From contig NC_010547.1 of NCBI RefSeq assembly GCF_000017845.1, positions 180,001-212,000 on the forward strand: 32,000 nucleotides of DNA, in the 5' to 3' direction. The DNA comes from Crocosphaera subtropica ATCC 51142 (GTDB lineage: Bacteria > Cyanobacteriota > Cyanobacteriia > Cyanobacteriales > Microcystaceae). A model generated the notes under the pieces. It had not been told where the DNA came from. It ran no database searches and was given only the letters and a program-made list of their open reading frames with translations. The position numbers were made by a program, and so were the translations under genes. Shown here piece after piece: positions 20,324 through 28,292 of the stretch; within the stretch, counting starts at the first letter, position 1; each line of letters starts with the position of its first letter.

Positions 20324-23300
20324 CAAACTGTTGTTGTACGAAATTTGTTATTCCTTGAATATAAGCCGTTGCTTTTTCCCTGAAAGCTGGAAAGTCTGGA
20401 GAGTCGTAGTCAGGGCGCTTAGCCGTCACTGTGGGTGACTGGGATAAAATCGCGGAGACATCATTCCGACTATTGTTATCGAGAAAGGCCAGTCTAGCAA
20501 CGGCTGTATCTAATTCCTTACCTTGTAGATCACCGTGGTAGTGATTCTTTAATTTCTCAGTATACTCATTGTAACGAGCTTTGAAAAAGTTTCTCAGATT
20601 ATCCATTTCAAGCTCTTTTGTGTATTCGGGGTCAGTTTTGACTTTATTCTGGTCAAGCTGCCAAGGATACCGCAAGGAGTCAGGTTCGACCTTCAGGCTA
20701 CCTGTGTTAGACGGAGGTGTATCAAGGTTGGCATAAACCGTAAAAGATTCTTTGACCCCTTGCACCCCTTTTTGACCAATGAGTTTCCGAAATTGTGTAG
20801 CACTTTGCTTATCCAACTCGCCGATAGGTTTTCCGTCGAGACTAACTCGGAATTGTTGTCGATGTCGTCCGTCTTTGAAGGGGGTAATCTTGAGGTTAGC
20901 CTCTTTGCCGGTAAACACGGTGTCTTTGTACTGATTGTCTCTAACTTTACCGATTTTAAGCTCCGTGCCGTCTTTAAGAGTGGCGATCGCCTTGGCGGGG
21001 GGATCGGGGACGAATTCAGCTTTGAAAATCGTATCAATAGGATATCCAGGGGATTCTTGTTGAAGGGGACCAAGAAACTGACCTTCGACAGCGACTCCCC
21101 GCATCAGCTTAGTCCCATTCTTACTGGGGATTTCCTGCATCACCATTTCACATTCAAGCGTCTGACCCTGAAGGTCTTGTCCTTTGAGTTTGTTGGTATC
21201 GTACTGTAACCCCACTACTTGGAGTTGGTTGAGTTGAAGTTCTTTGAGTTGGGCTAAGGACTCTTCAGGAAATACTCGGAACGCAGCTAGAGCCTTCTTC
21301 GTAGCAAATTCACTCCGAGAGTGAGAGACGTGCCACATTCCTTGTGCAATCTGTTTTTTCTCCGCAGAATCATATTTATCTTGAATCGCTCTGGTGTAAC
21401 TATCAAGCGATCGCCATGCCGCTTCAACTTGACTTTCGGTGATACCAGGGACGATTAAAGGTTCTGTTTTGAAAGGTTTAATCGTCTCGCCAGGCGTAGT
21501 AATGTCGTTGATAGCGACCGCCCCTAACAGCTTCTTTTCACCATCAATATGAGCGTAAGCAACCTCACGGTTAGGAATATCTAAATCGCCGGGTCGAGGG
21601 CTGATACTAACCGTAAGTTCCTGGTCAATGGCAATAGAAGGATCTCTCAAATCAGAGCGTGTAATAGGAATCTGCTGATCTTTCCAAGGCAAACGTAAAT
21701 GAGTCTGAGCCAGTTCAGGATTGTTATTATAGATATTACTCATTTCCATGGCGTGTTTCAAACGGTCATTGAACTCGCCTTGAATTTCTTTGGCAATGTC
21801 GAGGTATTGGTCATCGGGCTTAGGAAAGAGATCACGGAAGGTATGAGTGAGGCGAGGTGTTATACTCAGCGTGCTTTCCATGAATTCAGTATTGACGGCT
21901 CGAAGCATGGTATCAATAGGAGAATAAGTCGTAACCATAGCAGGACGATCTAGAAACACATCTTGATCCTTCCTATCAGGCATAAACCCAACTTTGACGC
22001 AGTTACTCGCTGCTTTAATCACAGCGAATTTATCCATATTGGGTCGAGATGCTGATTTAGGACCATCAACAGCGACTTGAAGTTCGTTACCTAAGTCAGC
22101 AACGGCTCCTAACTGAATTGACCGAATCGTTGCTAATGCTCCATCAATATGACCAGAGTGAAGTTGCTTGACATCAGCTAACTGTGCTACGCGTTTCATT
22201 TGGCTAGAGTAGGTCTTAGGAATATTGGTTCCTTTTTTCTCAGCCTTGGCTAGAACTCCTCGATAATAGTAAGCAGCTTTCTTTACCATTTCTGGTTTTT
22301 CTTCATGAGGACGGGCATAGGTATCGTTGTAAATAGCAACGGACTTCATTATCTGATTAGCAATCAGGCCAATTTGATTGTCGGCACATTGAATAGCGAT
22401 TTTCTCGAAAGAACCTTTATAGGGGACTTTATCGCGCTTAACGATATCAGGGTAACGGTTTTGAGGTAAAAGTTTTTCTTTGATTTCGGCGGCTAGGGCA
22501 GGGTATTTATCAGCCCGTTCATAAGCTAGGCGATCGCCGTCAAAGTCAGCTTGGAGGTGTTTGGCTGCGGTAGTTGGATTGATATGAATTGACCCGTTCA
22601 ACCGCATGAGTTCTGGGATATGCTTGTTTTTCAGTATAATAACACCATTAGAATTGACTAAAGGCGATCGCGTAACAATAACCTCCTTGCCATCAGGGAG
22701 GTTAGGGGCACAGATTTCATCTTCGCCTAGCTTATTACTCGGCTGTGCCAAGGCTGATTTGATACGAACCCCACCAGAAAAACCTAATTCCTTCCATCGA
22801 GATTGAACAAAACCTTTAAGTTGGTCAACGACATAGGGATGTTCTAAGAGTTGACCGTGATTCTCCAGGTCAGTTTTTAGTAGCTTATACAGAGCTTCTT
22901 CGCTAGAAAGACGTGCCGGTTCTTCTTCAAACGCATCGAATAATGGCAAGAATTCTTTTTCTTCCTCAGTGGCTGTGGCTTGAAGCTCTTGCTTATCCTC
23001 GTAATACTTAATGAAGGCGTTTGCTAACGCAGCGGGACTATCGAGAGAATCTCGTAATTCCCGTGCTTTCTTTTTGACAATCGGCAAAATGTCCTGCTCG
23101 ACCCCTTTGGGGTAATTGACCAAGACTTGGACCCCCAACTTTTGTTTACCATATTCGGCTTCTGTCTTAAGTCCGAGTCCAAGGTCTAACTTATAGCTTC
23201 CTGGATCGATGGATTGCTCGCCTTTCCTACCCTTGAACATACTAGAAGCCAAAATAAGGTCATACTCACCGAGATTCAGGTCTTTAACCACATTGGCATC

Positions 23301-23894
23301 GGCTTCGACTTTGATGCCTCTGTCGTTTCGGGTTGACCCCAGGTCATCGAGGCGAATATCAGGGGCTAATGTTCCTTTGGCAATACGAAACGCGTCATTT
23401 CCTTCTTGGGGTCTAATCCCTAGGCGAAACTGAATCGGAGTATTATCTTTGCCTGTCAATTCTTGGGCTAATTCAAAGCTCATTTTGCCATAGCAATCTC
23501 CAACGAGATTTTTAGCAAATTCTTTGTCATGGAGAACCCCACCACTGTTACCAGTCTCATCGTCAATCACTAAAACTCGTGCTTGTTTGATATCTAATCG
23601 TTTATTAACTGGTGTAAAAGGCAAAGACCCATAGGCCGCGCGATCGCTTGGCTTAGGAAACAATTGTTCCCCGACTATCTCATTAGAGTAATAGAGGCGC
23701 TTACCTGAAGAGAATTGAAGAGATCGATCAGGGCGAGGGGCTAAATCATTCTCTTTTACTGTTTCTGGGTCCATGTGACCAATTTGGAACTTAGCCTCTG
23801 GAAAGAGATACTCGGCAATACAGTTGTCGATTTTCTCATCAATATTAAGAGGTTGACCGGTTTTCGTGTCAAAATGAGTTAATTCTATGCCCAT
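20298..23894 (-). CDS. single-subunit two-barrel RNA polymerase homologue (YonO / eukaryotic-type RdRP-like, QDE-1/RDR family)
   Basis: 1198-aa ORF with colinear motifs: GDCYGKMSFELAQEL (aa 132-146), IQFRLG...AKGTL (154-176), VIVTRSPLVNSNGVIILK, HINPTTAAKHLQADFDGDRLAY (DFDGD = aa 450-454, nt 22533-22547) and LQVAVDGPKSA. These correspond to the DPBB catalytic motifs of RNAP beta-prime (NADFDGD) and to the RdRP family motifs DG.G.IS, Q.R..G.KG, V.V.R.P, D.DGD and AVD..K.G. Confidence 0.7.
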   Translation of the reverse strand: MGIELTHFDTKTGQPLNIDEKIDNCIAEYLFPEAKFQIGHMDPETVKENDLAPRPDRSLQFSSGKRLYYSNEIVGEQLFPKPSDRAAYGSLPFTPVNKRLDIKQARVLVIDDETGNSGGVLHDKEFAKNLVGDCYGKMSFELAQELTGKDNTPIQFRLGIRPQEGNDAFRIAKGTLAPDIRLDDLGSTRNDRGIKVEADANVVKDLNLGEYDLILASSMFKGRKGEQSIDPGSYKLDLGLGLKTEAEYGKQKLGVQVLVNYPKGVEQDILPIVKKKARELRDSLDSPAALANAFIKYYEDKQELQATATEEEKEFLPLFDAFEEEPARLSSEEALYKLLKTDLENHGQLLEHPYVVDQLKGFVQSRWKELGFSGGVRIKSALAQPSNKLGEDEICAPNLPDGKEVIVTRSPLVNSNGVIILKNKHIPELMRLNGSIHINPTTAAKHLQADFDGDRLAYERADKYPALAAEIKEKLLPQNRYPDIVKRDKVPYKGSFEKIAIQCADNQIGLIANQIMKSVAIYNDTYARPHEEKPEMVKKAAYYYRGVLAKAEKKGTNIPKTYSSQMKRVAQLADVKQLHSGHIDGALATIRSIQLGAVADLGNELQVAVDGPKSASRPNMDKFAVIKAASNCVKVGFMPDRKDQDVFLDRPAMVTTYSPIDTMLRAVNTEFMESTLSITPRLTHTFRDLFPKPDDQYLDIAKEIQGEFNDRLKHAMEMSNIYNNNPELAQTHLRLPWKDQQIPITRSDLRDPSIAIDQELTVSISPRPGDLDIPNREVAYAHIDGEKKLLGAVAINDITTPGETIKPFKTEPLIVPGITESQVEAAWRSLDSYTRAIQDKYDSAEKKQIAQGMWHVSHSRSEFATKKALAAFRVFPEESLAQLKELQLNQLQVVGLQYDTNKLKGQDLQGQTLECEMVMQEIPSKNGTKLMRGVAVEGQFLGPLQQESPGYPIDTIFKAEFVPDPPAKAIATLKDGTELKIGKVRDNQYKDTVFTGKEANLKITPFKDGRHRQQFRVSLDGKPIGELDKQSATQFRKLIGQKGVQGVKESFTVYANLDTPPSNTGSLKVEPDSLRYPWQLDQNKVKTDPEYTKELEMDNLRNFFKARYNEYTEKLKNHYHGDLQGKELDTAVARLAFLDNNSRNDVSAILSQSPTVTAKRPDYDSPDFPAFREKATAYIQGITNFVQQQFEKKKGIQR

Positions 23895-23942
23895 GATGTA
23901 ATATATAGGAACTAATGTAAGCCTTTGGAGTAATCAAGGAAA

Positions 23943-24203
23943 ATGACTATGTTGATACCGCCTATCGAAATCTCAGCTAATTACGACAAGCAGGGGAATA
24001 TGTATCCTGATAAGCGGGCTAAATTATTAAAGAAAGGTTGGACAGAAGAAGAGATTAGCCAAGCCGAAGATAGAGCCAGGGAAGCTTTAGAAGAAGTAAA
24101 TGAAGCTAGAAGTAAAATCAGAGACCGAGGTATTGCTAGGTCTGGACTTGATATCAGCGAACAACTCAGTGAAGGATATATCGACTTAGAGGACTTGATT
24201 TAA
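23943..24203 (+). CDS. hypothetical protein, divergent from the polymerase gene
   Basis: 86-aa ORF with charged helical content, followed by hairpin agtctac/gtagact at 24204-24222. Confidence 0.5.
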   Translation: MTMLIPPIEISANYDKQGNMYPDKRAKLLKKGWTEEEISQAEDRAREALEEVNEARSKIRDRGIARSGLDISEQLSEGYIDLEDLI

Positions 24204-24230
24204 AGTCTACGGTTCGTAGACTTCTCTTGA

Positions 24231-24280
24231 ATCCGCAGCAAACTCTATAATGTATAAGAAAAATAGACATTGCTGCGGAA
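24231..24280 (+). repeat. hairpin element, copy 8 (right arm TGCTGCGGAA)
   Basis: atccgcagcaAACTCTATAATGTATAAGAAAAATAGACATtgctgcggaa. Confidence 0.8.
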
Positions 24281-24312
24281 AAGTGAAAAGTAGTCCCAGA
24301 GCAAACTTTAGG

Positions 24313-24726
24313 CTATTTTGGGGCTGTCTTTCTCCCGTCAATCCTTAGCCAATAACAGGAGCTAGACTCAGAAGGACATACGACACCGCTAGGAAGAAGG
24401 TTGAGTCCGATGTAAATTCCAGTGGAAAAACTACCAACCACAATAACGGCTGCCCAAGACCAATTATTGATAAAGCTGGCCCAAGTCCGAACTTTTTTCC
24501 AAAATACTTTACTGCGTTCCCGTTCGACTTGAATACGCTTCGCCTCAACTTCGACGTACTGTTGATTTTGCTCTAAGGCAAGTCGGAGTCGTTCTCCGAT
24601 GATTCCGTCGATGAGTTGAGTAAGTTCGTCGGGGTTGTACTCGTTGTTATTTGATACGTCTCCAGGTAGTCGTCCACCAACTCCGAGACGTTGATGTCCT
24701 CCCCCTCCTGTGTCGCTTGGTTCCAA
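24313..24726 (-). CDS. coiled-coil plus TM protein, or frameshifted C-terminus of 24573-25109
   Basis: ELTQLIDGIIGERLRLALEQNQQYVEVEAKRIQVERERSKVFWKK, followed by TM helix WSWAAVIVVGSFSTGIYIGL. The first 50 or so codons overlap the upstream ORF in another frame. Confidence 0.45.
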   Translation of the reverse strand: MEPSDTGGGGHQRLGVGGRLPGDVSNNNEYNPDELTQLIDGIIGERLRLALEQNQQYVEVEAKRIQVERERSKVFWKKVRTWASFINNWSWAAVIVVGSFSTGIYIGLNLLPSGVVCPSESSSCYWLRIDGRKTAPK

Positions 24727-25109
24727 TATTGTTGGAAATTCTCTCTAAGTTGCCCTGATTTGATCATCTGAGCCAGTCGTTTAACGGTCACTTGCGGAAT
24801 CACTTGGCTCATAATTTGAGCTTGGCGTTCTCCTAGCTGCAATCCTGTTTCTACGGCTTGTTGGTCTAACTGAGCCGTAATGCTACTATCTACACTGGCA
24901 GGGTACTTTTGCTTGAAGTAGTTAGCCATGTCTTCGTAGGAACTTGCGGCACCTGAATCAAAGAGCTTTATAGCTTCTTCGATGCGATCGCGTTCTTTCT
25001 GAGTAAAGTTCTTTTTATTGGGAGAGAGACCGATAGCTTTTATGGTTTCTTTGAAGTCAGAATCATCTAATGAGAACTCTTTTTTTAACTGGTCTTTGGT
25101 ATAGCTCAT
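24573..25109 (-). CDS. hypothetical protein in the parM operon
   Basis: 178-aa ORF lying 21 nt downstream of 25131-25553. Confidence 0.55.
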   Translation of the reverse strand: MSYTKDQLKKEFSLDDSDFKETIKAIGLSPNKKNFTQKERDRIEEAIKLFDSGAASSYEDMANYFKQKYPASVDSSITAQLDQQAVETGLQLGERQAQIMSQVIPQVTVKRLAQMIKSGQLRENFQQYWNQATQEGEDINVSELVDDYLETYQITTSTTPTNLLNSSTESSENDSDLP

Positions 25110-25130
25110 AATTAATAAACCTCAGTGAAA

Positions 25131-25553
25131 TTAAAACATTGAATCGAGTAAAGAATCTTCTTCGTCGTAATCACGACAATCTTCATCCAAGTTAAGGTCA
25201 TCTTCAACCTCTTCTGCTGCCGACTCAGTAAAGCTATGTCGGTTAGGGTAGAGAGGAGTTGGAGGAGAAGATACAGTCGGTTGCATCGTTTTAGCTCCGA
25301 ATCGATATCGGAGTAGTTCGATGTGATGTTCGAGGAGATAAACAGAGCGTGTCACGGCATTAGCGACTTCTTCTGAAGAACCTCCTGCCCATTTCACCGC
25401 AAATGGCAGCCAAAACGCTTCTAAAGCATTCATAACGAAATCCTTTTTAGGAACCACTAAGTCTTGCTTTGCTTTGTTGTAGTAGTAAATCAAAGGGGCG
25501 TAGCGACTATCTTCTGTGGGTTGGTGTCGAAATTGGAAATTAAGCCGATTCAC
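25131..25553 (-). CDS. possible ParR-like centromere-binding adaptor
   Basis: Position is immediately after and overlapping the parM-like gene. Short N-terminal beta-strand-like RLNFQF and an acidic C-terminal tail (EEVEDDLNLDEDCRDYDEEDSLLDSMF). No direct family recognition. Confidence 0.35.
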   Translation of the reverse strand: MNRLNFQFRHQPTEDSRYAPLIYYYNKAKQDLVVPKKDFVMNALEAFWLPFAVKWAGGSSEEVANAVTRSVYLLEHHIELLRYRFGAKTMQPTVSSPPTPLYPNRHSFTESAAEEVEDDLNLDEDCRDYDEEDSLLDSMF

Positions 25554-26694
25554 GAGTTACCACCTCCTTAAGCCGTGGTAGGGGCTTCTTCAGTAGTCTA
25601 TAAAACAAGCCATATACATCCGCTAATCGAGAGGCTAAGTAATTCTTCGACACTTCATTACCGAATGTTTGCACCACTCGCTTTTCAAGGGATTGTGACC
25701 AATTAATTTGAGCCCCATAAGACTTTAGTAAGGTAGTGAGATTACGTTTAAAATATTTTGCTGTACCACCACCCAGTAAAATCTCATCGATTTCTAAATG
25801 AGGGGGGATTTGCTGACTAATCCAATTAGTCAACGTCGCCACATATTCTTGCTGAGAGTCTTCGATAGCATCTTTAATCTCTTTTTTTTCTGCTTCTCTG
25901 AGTTCGGCTCTTTGACTACGGGCTAATCGTTCTAAGGTGCGATCGCTAATTGATTTCCCTGTGCAGATGGCAGGGATTAAAACGTCTTCAGATTGCCCTG
26001 ATGTAAACGTTTTTATCTTAGTAATCATTTGGGAAAACCCGAAGTCACTGGTTAGCCCTATGGTCAATTCACCGCGTTCTACCACTAAGATTGAGGCATT
26101 GCGATAGCCGATCATCAGAACAACTAAGTTAGTTTCAGTAACCCGCTTCATCGGCTTACCCTTAGAAGCAACTCGTCCTCTGGCGAATAAACCCCCGCCT
26201 TCAGGAAGAGCATCGAATGCCTGTAGTGTTACATGGTAATGCTGACCTCGATATTCAAAGCTCTGTAAGGCCGATACTAAAACCGATTTGAGTTTATCCT
26301 TATCTTTAAATTCAGACCAAGGGAGTAACACACCTAAGTCTAAACTGAAAGTTGTACCTAATCCCTTGATTTCTGCCACTGCGCCAACCATAGCCAAGGT
26401 CAATGGAATAGCCGAATCAATTTTTAAAGAATTCAAGCAATGAATTGTACTGAATTGGCGCTTAGCCAGGAAGCCTACCGCAAAATAAGTATCATTGAGA
26501 TTGACCCAGGATGAGTCTTGAGGACTGGGATTGCCGACTTTGTATTTCTCATAATTGGCAATAGCAATATTAGGGACTTCTACGACGTGAGGGTCTAAGA
26601 GTAGAAGTTCGGGTTTAATATAACTATTGCTAGTGGTATAAATAGCGCGTCCCAAACTCGATCCGAAGTCTAAGGCCATGGTCAAGTCTGCCAT
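25540..26694 (-). CDS. parM: ParM/Alp-like actin-fold plasmid segregation ATPase
   Basis: Start moved to the ATG preceded by gaaggagaagg. MALDFGSSLGRAIY (phosphate-1), VVLMIGYRNASILVVERG and ILLGGGTAKYF (adenosine motif) fit the actin/ParM fold. Confidence 0.7.
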   Translation of the reverse strand: MADLTMALDFGSSLGRAIYTTSNSYIKPELLLLDPHVVEVPNIAIANYEKYKVGNPSPQDSSWVNLNDTYFAVGFLAKRQFSTIHCLNSLKIDSAIPLTLAMVGAVAEIKGLGTTFSLDLGVLLPWSEFKDKDKLKSVLVSALQSFEYRGQHYHVTLQAFDALPEGGGLFARGRVASKGKPMKRVTETNLVVLMIGYRNASILVVERGELTIGLTSDFGFSQMITKIKTFTSGQSEDVLIPAICTGKSISDRTLERLARSQRAELREAEKKEIKDAIEDSQQEYVATLTNWISQQIPPHLEIDEILLGGGTAKYFKRNLTTLLKSYGAQINWSQSLEKRVVQTFGNEVSKNYLASRLADVYGLFYRLLKKPLPRLKEVVTRESA

Positions 26695-26771
26695 TTTTTC
26701 CTTCTCCTTCAGTTCTCTTTTTTTTACTATACACACCAATTGCTGAAATTAACGATTTTGGACTGGCGGAT

Positions 26772-26862
26772 GTGCACGGCTTTGCACGTTTTACGAACTC
26801 TTACACACTTTACCGTCTCCTAAAACGTGCTTGTAACGTGCATCATTGTGCGGTTTCAGTGC
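26772..26862. promoter_or_regulatory. parC-like centromere/operator: phased GCAC/GTGC repeats upstream of parM
   Basis: GCAC at 26774 and 26784. GTGC at 26827, 26838, 26848 and 26859 (period 10-11 bp). Lies 80-170 nt upstream of the parM start. Confidence 0.5.
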
Positions 26863-26878
26863 TTCATGTCAAGGTCGA

Positions 26879-26911
26879 TTCGGCGGGTAGTCGACGAAGC
26901 AAGCAGTGTTT
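26879..26911 (+). repeat. conserved segment TTCGGCG...GAAGCAAGCAGTGTTT (second copy at 19679-19721); oriT/nic or operator candidate
   Basis: The 16-mer GAAGCAAGCAGTGTTT is identical at 19706-19721 and 26896-26911, with similar flanks. This copy is 48 nt upstream of mobC. Confidence 0.45.
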
Positions 26912-26958
26912 AGTGAGACTAATGAAATATAATCGAAGAAAAAGGATAATCCAAGGTT

Positions 26959-27255
26959 ATGGAACAGCAAGAAATAAGACTCCGAGTACCCAAAGATGAA
27001 TATCAAATAATCAAGAAAGAAGCTAAATCAAGAGGACTATCTGTGAGCGATTTTTTTAGAATACTGATCAGCAAAAAACAATTTCCAAAGAAAAACAGTC
27101 CTAGAGAAGCAAGAGAATTATACCTATACCTCGCTTCAATTCAAGAAACGGTAGAAGACATGGTACAAGGAAGAATTGAACCTAATCTAGAAATGTTACT
27201 AGAGCAGATCAAAGCATTACGCGGTGATTGTATTGGGATGGAGAAAGTAGAGTGA
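26959..27255 (+). CDS. mobC: MobC-family relaxosome accessory protein (RHH)
   Basis: IRLRVPKDEYQIIKKEAKSRGLSVSDFFRILI is the MobC-type RHH pattern. Its stop overlaps the relaxase start (GTGA). Confidence 0.7.
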   Translation: MEQQEIRLRVPKDEYQIIKKEAKSRGLSVSDFFRILISKKQFPKKNSPREARELYLYLASIQETVEDMVQGRIEPNLEMLLEQIKALRGDCIGMEKVE

Positions 27256-28292
27256 TTGGTAAAGTAACTCACGGAAGAGATGCCTACAGCTTGTTAAGGT
27301 ATGTTGCCGACAAAGAAGGCGCGTATCAAGTCGGTGGTAATGTCGCCTTTAACGACCCGGTGAATATTGCAAGGGAATTTAGAAAAGGACAAGCATTACA
27401 CCGAACAATCAATCGATACGTCTGGCATACGTCATTGTCAACGGCTAAACACGAGAACCTTGATGATAAAACGTGGAAAGCCATCGCTAAAGATTACCTG
27501 CGAGAAATGGGCTTTAATAAACATCAGTATGTTGTTTATCGACACACTGACGCAGATCACAATCACATTCACATCGTGGCTAATCGAATCAACATTATTG
27601 ATGGAAGCGCTGTTGACGATGCGTGGTCTAAATATCGTACTGAGGCAGCGATACGTAAGCTAGAATCTGCTTACAATCTTCAAGTGGTAGAACCAAGTCA
27701 TGGAAAAGAACGAAAATCTCCAACCACTGGAGAACAGCGGATGCAAGCAAGAACGCAAACACCTCTGCCACGAGTCATTATTCAAGACGCTTTAGACAAG
27801 ATTCTGTCTACCATTACCTCACCCGAAGACCTAAAAAATAAGCTTAAAACCGAGGGGATTGAAACAAGATTTAGAAAACGCAAAGACAAAACGATTAGTG
27901 GGATATCCTTCAGCTATAACGGGATCGCTTTTGGAGGGGGGAAATTAGGAAAGCGGTATAGTTGGACTCGCATTCAACAGCAACTAAGGGAAAATCAAGC
28001 AGATTCAGCGACTCAAAAGAAACACCAGTTAAATAAGCTATATCAAAGCTTGGCCTCACAAACGACACAAGTAGAGCCTAAATTAAGGGATATTATTATT
28101 GCTGGCAAACTACTGAAAAAAGGATACTCCAGTAGATCCGTCAAAGCAGTTCTGACTCAGAGTCCGATCATCCAAAGCTATAAGCAATCAGAAAACTACC
28201 AAGAAGATAAAGCCTTACGATATATTGATAAGGTGTACAAAAGTGCCCAGCGAAGAATAACAAAGAACAGTGTCCAGGAGGTAGTGAGATGA
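27252..28292 (+). CDS. MobA/VirD2-family conjugative relaxase
   Basis: GTG start gives MIGKVTHGRDAYSLLRYVADKEG (catalytic Tyr region). HTDADHNHIHIVANRI is the histidine-triad motif III of PF03432-type relaxases. Confidence 0.85.
   Translation: MIGKVTHGRDAYSLLRYVADKEGAYQVGGNVAFNDPVNIAREFRKGQALHRTINRYVWHTSLSTAKHENLDDKTWKAIAKDYLREMGFNKHQYVVYRHTDADHNHIHIVANRINIIDGSAVDDAWSKYRTEAAIRKLESAYNLQVVEPSHGKERKSPTTGEQRMQARTQTPLPRVIIQDALDKILSTITSPEDLKNKLKTEGIETRFRKRKDKTISGISFSYNGIAFGGGKLGKRYSWTRIQQQLRENQADSATQKKHQLNKLYQSLASQTTQVEPKLRDIIIAGKLLKKGYSSRSVKAVLTQSPIIQSYKQSENYQEDKALRYIDKVYKSAQRRITKNSVQEVVR

Noticed and set aside
20693-23433. Five ORFs of 66-149 aa overlapping the 1198-aa gene (20693, 20760, 21699, 22606, 23209)
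   Set aside because: They are shadow ORFs, either antisense to or in alternative frames of a long and clearly coding gene. Their composition is low-complexity and no signals support them.
3038-24280. The ATCCGCAGCA...TGCTGCGGAT repeats as a CRISPR array
   Set aside because: The copies are hundreds to thousands of bp apart with genes in between. Each is an internally palindromic unit rather than a direct repeat with short unique spacers. One copy is inverted, and no cas genes are present.
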